This document shows, piece by piece, positions 17,660 to 27,621 of a stretch of DNA of 64,000 nt. The stretch covers positions 320,001 to 384,000 of the forward strand of contig JBALDB010000056.1 of the NCBI GenBank assembly GCA_036918135.1. The letters run 5' to 3'. A program made the translations under genes and the position numbers. Positions within the stretch are counted from its first letter, which is position 1, and each line of letters begins with the position of its first letter. The stretch is from Nostoc sp. (lineage in GTDB: Bacteria; Cyanobacteriota; Cyanobacteriia; Cyanobacteriales; Nostocaceae). A model generated the notes under the pieces. It saw only the letters and a program-made list of their open reading frames with translations, did not search any database and had not been told where the DNA came from.

Positions 17660-20588
17660 ATGAAAATAACTATAAAATTACAGGAATTATTACAGCAACC
17701 TGAAGATGCAATCTTATCTATTAGCAATTTATTAAGTCAAAAATTAGCATTACTAGATTGTACAGGAGTGGTAGCTGTTACCCCAGAGCAATTAGCTTTG
17801 CTCTTTACAGGTATTCCTCAAAATTGGGATATACAAGAAATTGAAGAGATATTCAACTTTTCTACTATTACTCAAACCTTTAACCACCAACTTCGAGAAT
17901 GGATTAACCAACGCTTAGGACGCACCCCACCTCTATCATCAATAACGAATTACGTTAGCGCAAGCGGTAGCGACGCAGGAGCGTCATTACGAACTACGAA
18001 TTATCTTGATATTTTTAATTTCCGTAACGAAGTAATTGGCGACTACCGCCGCTATATTGAAAGCTTCCTCAAAATTCGTGACGAAAAAGTAAAAGCATTT
18101 GTCGATCGCGAGTTAGAAAAAGGTCAACTCTGGACTGACCCTTTAGTGCAACTTAACCCTAAATATCGTCCAGGTGCATCTGTCGCCACATTAGTACAAC
18201 AAGGAATTCTCCATCCAGACTGTAGACGCTACTTCTCAAAAGATGGTGAACCTTTTACCTTCCACTACCACCAAAAACAAGCCTTTGAAACAGCACAACG
18301 TCAAGAACACTACGTTGTCACCACAGGAACGGGTTCGGGTAAAAGCTTAACTTATGTCGTCCCCATCATTAATGATTTGCTACACCATCCTGAAATTAAA
18401 GGAGTTAGGGCTATTTTGGTTTATCCCATGAATGCCCTAATTAATTCTCAGGAAGAAGAATTAAGAAAATTTCTCAAACAAGTTTCTAATACCCACATTC
18501 GAGTTGAAAAGTACACTGGGCAAGAAAAACGAGAGAAGAAAATCGAAATTCAAAACAACCCGCCTCAAATCTTACTAACAAATTACGTGATGCTAGAGTT
18601 AATGCTCTCGCGCACTCACGAAGATAAATTAGTAGAATCCCCCGATTTAAAATTCCTTGTACTAGATGAACTGCATACTTACAGAGGACGGCAAGGTGCA
18701 GATGTCAGTATCTTAATTCGCAAACTTCGGCAACGTTGCGGTCAGAAACTTCTGTGCATCGGTACTAGTGCCACCATGTCTTCTGAAGGTTCCCGCCAAC
18801 AACGTCGTCAGGTAGTCGCAGATGTTGCTAGTAAATTATTCGGTGTCGAAATTAAATCCAGCAACGTCATCGATGAAACTTTAGAACGTTCCATCCAAAG
18901 TGCTGCACCCACCACAGAAAAATTGCGTCAAAGCATTATCCAAGGTTTACCGCTAAAGTCCGAACAAACCTTAGAAGCTTTTCAACAGCATCCCCTTAGC
19001 CACTGGGTAGAAATGAACTTTGGTTTAGAAGAAAAAGAAGGTCATCTCGTCCGCCGCACACCCATCACCTTAGAAACAGGTGCAGAACAACTCGCAAATC
19101 AAACCCAACTCAACGAGGAAACTTGCTTAAATATCCTCAAACAGATATTTCTCTGGGGAAGCAAAACTAAGGGGTTGGCATTCCGCCTGCATCAGTTTAT
19201 TTCCCAAGGGGGTAGCGTTTACGCCACCATTTATTCCCACAGACGAAGGCGGCGAATTTATTTCCCGCCCCCGCAGCGTTGCTTTGAGAGAATTTGCCCC
19301 AAGTAATATTATTTACTATGAGGGTAGTAAATTTATGGTGGCTAAAACCAAAATGCCAGTTGGTGGGGCTGATTATCAACGGGTAAATGTCTGCTTTAAA
19401 TGCGGCTATTTCCATGAAGGGATAGCCAGTAACCGCGACACTTGTGAGAACTGCGGGGCAAAACTTGTTGATAGTAACAATGATAAGGCTTTACTTACTC
19501 GCTTATTATCAATGGAAACTGCGATCGCCTGGAGACGAGAACGCATCACTTGCGATGAAGAAGAACGTCTGAAATACGGTTACAACATCACTACCCACTT
19601 CCGTTACGACAAGCAAAAACGCCAATTAGTCACAGTAAAAACTGCCAATGGTACACAATTACTTCGATTAACCTACAGTCCTACAGCAGACATCTGGCAT
19701 ATTAATCGTGGACTCAACAAGAAAAAAAGCGAAGAAAGAGGATTTAAACTCGATATCAAAACTGGTATTTGGGGCGAATCCAAAAACGACTCGGCAAAAG
19801 ATAGCATTCACACCGACGTTAATTTAATGGTGAACAACACCTGTAATATCCTAGTTGTGGAACCATTAAATGTCCCTACAGACAACAGAGAAGCTTTTAT
19901 TACCACCCTACAGTACGCCTTAGAAACTGCTATCCAAGCAGTGTACAAATTAGAAGCCGACGAACTCGACTCTGAACGCTTAGGAGACGGTAAATATTTG
20001 CTGTTCTGGGAGGCTGCGGAAGGCGGTGCAGGTGTCCTTTCTCAACTATTAGAAAACAGTAAAGCTTTTCCAAAAATCGCCGATGCAGCTTTAGATATTT
20101 GCCATTTCCAAGAAGCTAAAGATAGCTGTGTTCAAGCTTGCTATGAATGCTTGCTTTCTTACCGCAACCAATTCGACCATGCTTTGATAAATCGTCATCT
20201 CATCAAAACCTTACTTGAAGAACTGCAAAACAGTACAGTGCAGATAGAAGGAATATGCCGTGATGAACAGTATCAACAACTGCTACAACAAACAGATCCA
20301 AATTCCCAATTTGAGCGCATAGTTTTAACAGCAATTTATCAAAGCGGATATAAACTACCCGATTCTGCACAAGAATTAATTCCAGAGGCGAACTGTAAGC
20401 CAGATTTTCTTTATAAAGAAGATGGCATTGCTGTTTTCTGTGACGGTTCAGTCCATGACAGCCCTGAGAAACGCAGACAAGACAAAATTGAGCGAGATAA
20501 TCTCAAGTACAATACCAGTTACCATATTCTTGTCCTTAGACATGATGAAGATTGGCAAACAGAGTTGACAAAACTTGCAAGTTTGTGA
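17660..20588 (+). pseudogene. YprA/MrfA-like DEAH helicase with DUF1998 Zn-binding domain and C-terminal DUF559-like nuclease; internal deletion/frameshift near 19230
   Basis: TTGTGSGKS, YPMNAL, DELHTY, SAT; helicase-C motifs absent; second piece has EAAEGGAG, C..ACYECLLSY.NQ and KPDF...FCDG..H. Confidence 0.85.
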
Positions 20589-20640
20589 GTGGCTTTAGAG
20601 TGCGATCGGCAGTATTCACATCTCTAAGCTGAAGCAATTT

Positions 20641-20783
20641 TCAAAGACGTTTCTGACGCTTCGCCATTGTTGCAAAAGGCAAAAAACAGTGAGTACATTC
20701 ACCTTGTACCCAATCTGCGGGAATTGGGAAAAGAGTTTCACAGTTAGTACATTTGGTTAACAAGCGTAAATTGTGGCGATCGC
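20641..20783 (-). pseudogene. tniQ: tniQ 3' remnant
   Basis: Translates as DRHNLRLLTKCTNCETLFPIPADWVQGECTHCFLPFATMAKRQKRL*, colinear with the C-terminus of the TniQ at 8926-9068. Confidence 0.92.
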
Positions 20784-20915
20784 GCAAATGGCATTCAAAT
20801 CCAAGTTGAAATCCAATTTGTTTTAAATGCTCCGAGCGAAAATCCTTTCCACATCAGTAAACAAATTTTCTGGAATACCAAAAGTTCCCCACTCACAATG
20901 AAGTTTATATTCCGA
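20776..20915 (-). pseudogene. tnsB: tnsB internal remnant
   Basis: Translates as SEYKLHCEWGTFGIPENLFTD-(1 nt frameshift)-GKDFRSEHLKQIGFQLGFECHLRDR, matching the FTDGGKDFRS..L..IG..LGF.C.LRDR region of TnsB. Confidence 0.88.
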
Positions 20916-21005
20916 AGTGAGGATTATAGCCTTAAATATTTCGATGACATAAGTTTGTTAAGCCGACATTTAATTAATTAACCGACATATTCTGTGTCAA
21001 ATGTT
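20916..21005. repeat. Degenerate transposon end of the older element
   Basis: Three (C/T)GACA motifs at 20945, 20964 and 20983 with the same 19-bp spacing as the terminal sites at 12383/12402; terminal TGTACA not intact. Confidence 0.6.
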
Positions 21006-21101
21006 TGCGTTGTATGTCAAAAAAACTTGCGATCGCACATTCAAGATACCCAACTCTTACCCATCGTTGAAATGGTGGAAATGTAATCTTTCCACCAACA
21101 A

Positions 21102-21881
21102 TCAAACTGGACGACAACCAGACAATATTTCGTGCATCTTTACTACTTGTCCAATGACTGCGATTGCTGGCGCACCAAATCCAGTTTTCTCCACTTGCTC
21201 TACAATTGTCTCCAATGTCCCAATCAATTCTTCTTGTTCTGGGCGCGTACCCCAGCGCACCAAAGCAATGGGTGTTTGTAAACTCAACCCAGCCGTACTT
21301 AATTGTTCCACAATGTAAGGCAAATTGTGAATTCCCATATAAATCACAATGGTTTCGGAACCGTGAGCGATCGCACTCCAATTAACTAAAGGTTTATACT
21401 TTCCTGCTGCTTCGTGTCCAGTTACAAATGTGACTGAAGAACTATACAATCGATGCGTCAATGGTATACCTGCATAAGCAGCGGCGGCAATTCCCGAAGT
21501 GATACCAGGTACAACTTCCACTGGAATTCCTGCATTGACTAATTCTGCCATTTCCTCGCCCCCACGACCAAAAATAAACGGATCGCCTCCTTTTAGCCGC
21601 ACTACTATGGCATTATCCTGGGCTTTATCAATCAGCAGTTGAGTTGTTTCTTCTTGGAAGAGCGAATGTTTTCCCCTGCGCTTACCAGCGTTAATTTGTT
21701 CTGCTTGGGGATTAATCATTGCCAGAATTGCTGGACTCACTAAAGCATCATAAATAACTACATCTGCACATTCCAATAAACCTTTCGCCTTCAAGGTTAT
21801 TAGTCCTGGATCTCCCGGCCCCGCACCTACTAAATAAACCTTTGCCAAATATTTCTTCGTGTGTGTGACTGTGCGGTTCAT
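21102..21881 (-). CDS. cobA: Uroporphyrinogen-III C-methyltransferase
   Basis: VYLVGAGPGDPGLITLK, RLKGGDPFIFGRGGEE, VVPGITS; start uncertain (21881 or 21899). Confidence 0.95.
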   Translation of the reverse strand: MNRTVTHTKKYLAKVYLVGAGPGDPGLITLKAKGLLECADVVIYDALVSPAILAMINPQAEQINAGKRRGKHSLFQEETTQLLIDKAQDNAIVVRLKGGDPFIFGRGGEEMAELVNAGIPVEVVPGITSGIAAAAYAGIPLTHRLYSSSVTFVTGHEAAGKYKPLVNWSAIAHGSETIVIYMGIHNLPYIVEQLSTAGLSLQTPIALVRWGTRPEQEELIGTLETIVEQVEKTGFGAPAIAVIGQVVKMHEILSGCRPV

Positions 21882-22627
21882 TTGTCTGTTAAATCCCAAA
21901 TTAAATCAGCTAATTCTGCACTTGCTCCTAAAGGTTCTGCCAAATGGAAAGTCACTGCCGAAAATTGTAATTTTAGCTTTTCTACTGAAGCAGCGATCGC
22001 ATCAGTTATTCCACCAGCGAATAAAAAATATGGTAAAATTGCAATTTCCTTATACCCAGCAGTTACCAACTCTTTCACCCGTAATTCTAAGCTACCAGCT
22101 ACAGACCAATAAGCAACCACTGCTCTTAAACTCTGAGCCATTGCTTCTATTGGTTTTTGAGAATCAGGGCGACGGCTACCATGAGCTAACAAAATCCATG
22201 CTTGTGCTTGTATATTAGTGATTTGCTTTGCCAACAGTTTCTCTAAATCTGGGTGAGAACCTAAGTATGGTTGCAATTCAATTATGATATCTTGACCAGT
22301 AGCCTGTTGTGCTAGGGCTACTTGGGTGGGAATATCTTTCATTACATGCACTCCCGGCAGCAGAAATAGCGGTAGAATCTTGAGGCGATTCCCATTTTGA
22401 GACATGTGGATGCCAAAAGCAGTTTGGGCAAATTGTTTAATCTGCTCGTGTAAAGGCTGTTGACTCATTTCTAAAGCAGCTATCCCTACCAAATGTTCGC
22501 TATTTGCTTGGTTGTAATTTTTGTACAATTTATTGCATACTAGCCTTGCCAGTTGCTGCATAGCAATTTCTGGCCGCGGGTCGCGACTTCCATGAGATAC
22601 CAATAGATATGCAGATGACATGGGCAA
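21878..22627 (-). CDS. Sirohydrochlorin chelatase (CbiX/SirB family)
   Basis: Two HGSR motifs, PLFLLPGVHV..DIP; coupled to cobA. Confidence 0.9.
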   Translation of the reverse strand: MPMSSAYLLVSHGSRDPRPEIAMQQLARLVCNKLYKNYNQANSEHLVGIAALEMSQQPLHEQIKQFAQTAFGIHMSQNGNRLKILPLFLLPGVHVMKDIPTQVALAQQATGQDIIIELQPYLGSHPDLEKLLAKQITNIQAQAWILLAHGSRRPDSQKPIEAMAQSLRAVVAYWSVAGSLELRVKELVTAGYKEIAILPYFLFAGGITDAIAASVEKLKLQFSAVTFHLAEPLGASAELADLIWDLTDK

Positions 22628-22750
22628 GCTTTAACTTTCAGTGACTAGTTTTCATATTTTACATAATATTAAGCTGGTGTCATGGGTAGACTGGCGATCG
22701 CAAAAACTATTATTAGTTCTTAAATAAAAGTATTCTAGTCACTGGTTGTC

Positions 22751-23134
22751 TTATTGCTGTTCGGCAGTGTAAGTATAAAATTGATCGAAAGCCCCCACCG
22801 TTTCAAATTTGTAAGAAGGTACCCAAGAATTTATTTTTAGATCGGTACGGTAAACACTAAAAATAATATAATTTTGCCTTTGTGTAGTTTTGTTAATAAT
22901 TTCCTGCATTTGCGGGTTAGCTCGATCGACCAACTTCTCACAATTAAAATGGATTAAGTTTTCTATGAAATTTGTGGTTTTTTTGCATACATCGGTTTTT
23001 AAGTAACTTGCCAACCGTTGCACTGCATATTCTTCATACGCAACCTGACTGGGATTAGTCTTCGCCATTGTCACACCTAATGCCGCGAGTCCTGCTGCTG
23101 CTCCAGTATATGCGATGATGGTTAACTGTTTCAT
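22751..23134 (-). CDS. Conserved cyanobacterial protein (DUF4359-like)
   Basis: Signal/TM segment followed by TNP...YEEYA...C...C...RQNY.IFS.Y.T. Confidence 0.7.
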   Translation of the reverse strand: MKQLTIIAYTGAAAGLAALGVTMAKTNPSQVAYEEYAVQRLASYLKTDVCKKTTNFIENLIHFNCEKLVDRANPQMQEIINKTTQRQNYIIFSVYRTDLKINSWVPSYKFETVGAFDQFYTYTAEQQ

Positions 23135-23214
23135 GTTTGCCAGATGAAATTCATTGTAATGCTTAGACTCCAGAGACTTTAAATCAAGTAAGTCCGTTCC
23201 TCGAACAAAAACTC

Positions 23215-23243
23215 TTGCTCGCTTTCCAAAAAATTGCTATAAT
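23215..23243 (+). promoter_or_regulatory. Promoter of tRNA-His
   Basis: TTGCTC, 17 bp, TATAAT with an extended TG. Confidence 0.65.
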
Positions 23244-23257
23244 TCAAATTGTTGAAT

Positions 23258-23331
23258 GGCGAGCGTAGCCAAGTGGTTAAGGCAGTGGTTTGTGGTACCA
23301 CCATTCGTGGGTTCGAGTCCCATCGTTCGCC
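23258..23331 (+). tRNA. trnH: tRNA-His(GTG)
   Basis: Cloverleaf with acceptor GCGAGCG/CGTTCGC, G-1, anticodon loop TTGTGGT and T loop TTCGAGT; CCA not encoded. Confidence 0.97.
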
Positions 23332-23946
23332 CTGACAATCTTTACGGACTTAAAACGGCCTAAACCGAGATATTTATTAATGTAGCTTATAAGTAATTAT
23401 ATGTATATGAGCAAATTTACTTGCTTAAGTGTAATTAGTTATTATAAGCTGATCTCCATCAAATTTGTATATTCTTTGGTTGACAGTGTTAGGGAACTTT
23501 AAAAAATAAATTACCCTATTTGAAGTTGATAACTGATGACTGTTGATTGTGACAGTGGGATATTTTTTTATTTCTTAGTATAGCAGGAGGCAGAAGGCAG
23601 TTCTTGCTGGAGGCAGGAGGTAAAACATTACTATTCCTGACATGTAGACTTTCAAGATGTCCTAACCTTTAATTCGCTTGCTATACTTTATATAAGATTC
23701 CCGACTCCTGATAACAATGAAGAATTTTAAATTCAATAATTGCGTTTTTTAAAGTATATTTAAGTATTAGAAAATACTTAAAATAATGATAAAAGTAAGC
23801 CCACATAAGGCAAGTAAAAAAATATGCATAATGTTGCCTACATTATGATCAGAAGATACTAATTAATGTGTATTATCAGCCATATAAATCGACCCGATTT
23901 CAAAAACTTGATGCAAAAATTATAAGTAGGCTAAATCAAGATTAGT

Positions 23947-24320
23947 CTATAGGACTCATATTTGATTTTTGAAATATACGTAGGCTGCATTAGCCAAAGG
24001 TTTAAGCAAAAAATAACTTTTCTTTCAACAGCTTAGAGAATATAGTCATAGCAATCATGTAATTCAAAACTCAGAGATAACTGATTACCAATTACCAATT
24101 TATTCAAAGAATAAACTCCGCTCATTGTATAATTTATTTTAAAACATCTATCAAAAGAAAGAAAAGTTGTACTTCTTAAGTGAGAGTCAAAAATACTGAG
24201 TCATATAAAACTCATATTTAATTGCGTGAAAAAACTCAGTACACCTCAAAGAGCCTTCTTTTCTCTTCCCTGTTAAGAGCCTACGCAAGTAATTTCAAAA
24301 ATCAAACTGGATTCCTATAG
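23947..24320. repeat. MITE-like element with imperfect terminal inverted repeats
   Basis: CTATAGGACTCATATTTGATTTTTGAAA ... TTTCAAAAATCAAACTGGATTCCTATAG; related ends near 52357-52505 and 58559-58820. Confidence 0.6.
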
Positions 24321-24504
24321 ATACTTTAGGTAAAGTAGAACATAACTTCAGTGCTGCTGAAAAGTAGATACTTGTGTATACACAGATAAATATGGTTTAT
24401 CTGTATTGTTTTGTGTTTCTATATGGTGAAATAAAAGGTAGAGGCAGACTTGTTTGTCCGCCTTGAAAGTTAACAATGCAAACATCGTTATCAGTGGAGT
24501 TACC

Positions 24505-26925
24505 ATGTCTGAATTGCTGCAAGCAGTCTTAGATAGTGAAGAAAAAAATGATTTGCGTTCCTTCATTAGTGAATTACGCCAACAAGAAAAGAAATACTTG
24601 CTGCGAAACGACATCCTCAATGTATATACTGAATATTGCTCTAAGTACCAGAAATCTGAAGCATTTTCTACTACCTCTGACTTAGGTAAGCTGATTTATT
24701 ATACTCAGGAAATTATTCAAGAGGACTCAAACTTCTGTTTCATCATCCGTTCTAAAATAGCCAGTCAAGAAGTTTATTGGCTAACATCAGACTTGAGCAT
24801 TGAGCCGATGACGGTGCAGGATTTGCTGGATCTGCGCGATCGCTTGGTAAATAAATTTCATCCTAATGAGGGTCACCTGCTAGAATTGGACTTCGGCCCG
24901 TTTTATGACTACTCCCCAGTCATCCGCGACCCAAAAAATATTGGTAAGGGGGTACAATTTCTCAATCGGTATTTATCGAGCCAACTATTTCAAGACTCGA
25001 AAGAATTGTTGGAAAGCTTATTTAATTTCTTGCGCCTGCATCAATACAATGGTGTCCAACTGCTGATAAATAATCGCATCCAATCGCAGCAGCAACTTTC
25101 CCAGCAAGTTAAAAAAGCGATCGCTTTTATTAGCGAGCGGCCTAATGACGAACCCTACGAACAATTCCGGTTCCAATTGCAAACAATGGGTTTTGAACCG
25201 GGTTGGGGTAACACCGCAGCCCGCGTCCAAGAAACTCTAAATATTCTCGATGAATTGATTGATTCTCCCGATCCCCAAACTTTAGAAGCATTCATTTCTC
25301 GCGTTCCGATGATTTTTAGAATCGTCCTCGTCTCCGCCCACGGATGGTTCGGTCAAGAGGGTGTTTTAGGGCGTCCGGATACTGGCGGTCAGGTGGTTTA
25401 CGTCCTTGACCAGGCAAAAAGTTTAGAAAAACAGCTACAAGAAGATGCTTTGCTAGCTGGTTTAGAAGGGTTAAACGTCCAGCCAAAGGTGATTATTCTC
25501 ACCCGCTTAATTCCTAATAGTGACGGTACCCTTTGTAACCAGCGATTAGAAAAAGTTTATGGTACAGAAAATGCCTGGATTTTGCGAGTACCTTTACGGG
25601 AATTTAATCCTAATATGACTCAAAACTGGATTTCCCGGTTTGAGTTTTGGCCTTATCTTGAAACTTTCGCTATTGACTCTGAAAGAGAACTGCGGGCAGA
25701 ATTTCATGGGAGACCTGATTTAATAGTTGGTAACTATTCTGATGGCAACTTAGTGGCATTTTTGCTGGCGCGACGGCTGAAAGTTACTCAATGCAATGTT
25801 GCCCATGCTTTGGAAAAATCTAAATACTTGTTTAGTAACCTTTACTGGCAAGATTTAGAAGATAAATATCATTTTTCCTTACAATTTACAGCTGACTTAA
25901 TTGCGATGAATGCTGCCAATTTTGTGATTAGCAGCACCTACCAAGAAATTGTCGGAACACCCGATAGCGTGGGACAGTACGAGTCTTATAAATGCTTCAC
26001 CATGCCGGAGTTGTATCATGTAACCAATGGAATTGAATTATTTAGTCCTAAGTTTAATGTCGTACCGCCTGGAGTGAACGAGAATTACTATTTTCCTTAC
26101 ACTCAGACTCAAGACCGAGTAGAAAGCGATCGCCAGCGGCTTGCAGAAATGCTCTTTACCTTAGAAGACCCCAGCCAAATTTTTGGCAAACTCGACGATC
26201 CTAGCAAGCGTCCTTTGTTTTCTATGGCGCGTCTTGACCGGATCAAAAACCTCACAGGTTTAGCCGAATGCTTTGGTCAAAGTAAAGAATTACAAGAGCA
26301 TTGCAACTTAATTCTGGTGGCGGGTAAGTTGCGTGTAGAAGAATCTGACGACAACGAAGAACGTGATGAAATTGTCAAACTTTACCAAATAATTAATGAG
26401 TACAATCTCCACGGAAAGATTCGCTGGTTGGGTGTACGCCTGTCTAAAACTGATTCTGGTGAAATTTACCGAGTGATTGCCGATCGCCAAGGAATTTTTG
26501 TACAACCAGCTTTATTTGAAGCTTTTGGTTTAACAATTTTAGAGTCGATGATTTCAGGATTACCAACTTTTGCTACACAGTTTGGCGGGCCACTGGAAAT
26601 TATTCAAAATAAGGTTAATGGCTTTTACATTAATCCAACAAATTTAGAAAATACAGCCAAAACAATTGTGGATTTTGTCACTAAATGCGACCAAAATACT
26701 CAATACTGGAATGAAATTTCCGAGCGAGCGATTGAGCGAGTTTATAGTACGTATACTTGGAAAATTCATACTACTAAGCTGTTATCGTTAGCACGCATTT
26801 ACGGCTTCTGGAACTTTACTTCAAAGGAAAATCGAGAAGATTTGTTGCGCTATATAGAGGCTTTATTCTATTTAATTTATAAGCCTAGAGCGCAACAGCT
26901 ATTAGAGCAGCATAAGTATCGTTAA
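24505..26925 (+). CDS. susA: Sucrose synthase
   Basis: 806 aa from ATG 24505 (MSELLQAVLDSEEK); PDTGGQVVY, HALEK.KY, FEAFGLT. Confidence 0.93.
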   Translation: MSELLQAVLDSEEKNDLRSFISELRQQEKKYLLRNDILNVYTEYCSKYQKSEAFSTTSDLGKLIYYTQEIIQEDSNFCFIIRSKIASQEVYWLTSDLSIEPMTVQDLLDLRDRLVNKFHPNEGHLLELDFGPFYDYSPVIRDPKNIGKGVQFLNRYLSSQLFQDSKELLESLFNFLRLHQYNGVQLLINNRIQSQQQLSQQVKKAIAFISERPNDEPYEQFRFQLQTMGFEPGWGNTAARVQETLNILDELIDSPDPQTLEAFISRVPMIFRIVLVSAHGWFGQEGVLGRPDTGGQVVYVLDQAKSLEKQLQEDALLAGLEGLNVQPKVIILTRLIPNSDGTLCNQRLEKVYGTENAWILRVPLREFNPNMTQNWISRFEFWPYLETFAIDSERELRAEFHGRPDLIVGNYSDGNLVAFLLARRLKVTQCNVAHALEKSKYLFSNLYWQDLEDKYHFSLQFTADLIAMNAANFVISSTYQEIVGTPDSVGQYESYKCFTMPELYHVTNGIELFSPKFNVVPPGVNENYYFPYTQTQDRVESDRQRLAEMLFTLEDPSQIFGKLDDPSKRPLFSMARLDRIKNLTGLAECFGQSKELQEHCNLILVAGKLRVEESDDNEERDEIVKLYQIINEYNLHGKIRWLGVRLSKTDSGEIYRVIADRQGIFVQPALFEAFGLTILESMISGLPTFATQFGGPLEIIQNKVNGFYINPTNLENTAKTIVDFVTKCDQNTQYWNEISERAIERVYSTYTWKIHTTKLLSLARIYGFWNFTSKENREDLLRYIEALFYLIYKPRAQQLLEQHKYR

Positions 26926-26934
26926 TTAGTCCTG

Positions 26935-27066
26935 AGTCATTTGTCACTTGTCATTTGTCATTTTTTATTAGCTAAGGACATTTAGTTATAGCGGTTCTCT
27001 TTTGTATAGGTCATTTGTCACTTGCTATTTGTTACAAGCTAAGGACAAATGACCAACGACAAATGA
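26935..27066. repeat. STRR-type heptamer repeats (GTCATTT) in both orientations between convergent genes
   Basis: gtcatttgtcacttgtcatttgtcattt, then gtcatttgtcacttg...caaatgaccaacgacaaatgac. Confidence 0.75.
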
Positions 27067-27621
27067 CTAAATTGTTAACGCTCGCCAAGTTCGTTGACCA
27101 ACAATTCCATCCACGGCTAAATTCCGTTGGTTTTGAAATGCTTTAACAGCAGTTTCCGTTAACGCTCCAAAAATTCCATCTATTCTAACGGTATAACCAT
27201 TAGATACTAATAACCGTTGTAAAGCTCTGACAGCAACACCAGAGCTACCGAAATAGAGAGTTGGTAGAGGTTGGGTACTATATTTCTCAAATTTTCCTTC
27301 AGACTTTGTAAGGTTTTTCCCTACTGACTGAGAATACTTCTTAGGCTGTTCTAAATCAGTAGAAGCTAGAAACTGATTATTTTTACTGATTTTTTGGAGT
27401 ATATGTTTTTTCTCTAGGGCAATCCCTCGCAAAGAAGCGTGCGAAGTCCCATCTGTCTGCATGAATTCAGGTGGTGTGACTTGAGCAGTTATCTCTAAGT
27501 GGGTCTGTGTTGACTGGTTTAGGTCATTTTCCATCTGAAATAATTGCTGTTCTGGCAAATAAGGCCCAGATGCTTGTCTTGTTGTTAACACGCCCGTCAT
27601 CATCAGGCCAATTTCAGTCAT
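27067..27621 (-). CDS. Peptidoglycan-binding domain protein
   Basis: C-terminal L..GSSG.AVR.LQ..L...IDGIFG..TE.AVKAFQ....L.VDGIVG..TW.AL. Confidence 0.88.
   Translation of the reverse strand: MTEIGLMMTGVLTTRQASGPYLPEQQLFQMENDLNQSTQTHLEITAQVTPPEFMQTDGTSHASLRGIALEKKHILQKISKNNQFLASTDLEQPKKYSQSVGKNLTKSEGKFEKYSTQPLPTLYFGSSGVAVRALQRLLVSNGYTVRIDGIFGALTETAVKAFQNQRNLAVDGIVGQRTWRALTI

Larger units (their letters stand above)
12426..21005 (-). mobile_element. Relic of an older V-K-like CAST carrying the helicase-methylase defence locus
   Basis: Fragments of tniQ, tnsB and a transposon end at 20641-21005 bound the locus, and host gene cobA follows; the left extent is interrupted by the younger element. 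Confidence 0.7.

Noticed and set aside
19197..19306. Programmed frameshift joining the two helicase ORFs
   Set aside because: Helicase motifs IV-VI are missing altogether, so a deletion explains it better than recoding; no slippery heptamer is evident
1..21005. cas12k, tracrRNA or CRISPR array
   Set aside because: No Cas12k-sized RuvC ORF or repeat-spacer array is visible; the V-K assignment rests on tns gene organisation only
23258..23331. tRNA-His as the CAST attachment site
   Set aside because: It is separated from the relic end by three host genes (about 2.2 kb) and has no adjacent TGT end or TnsB sites
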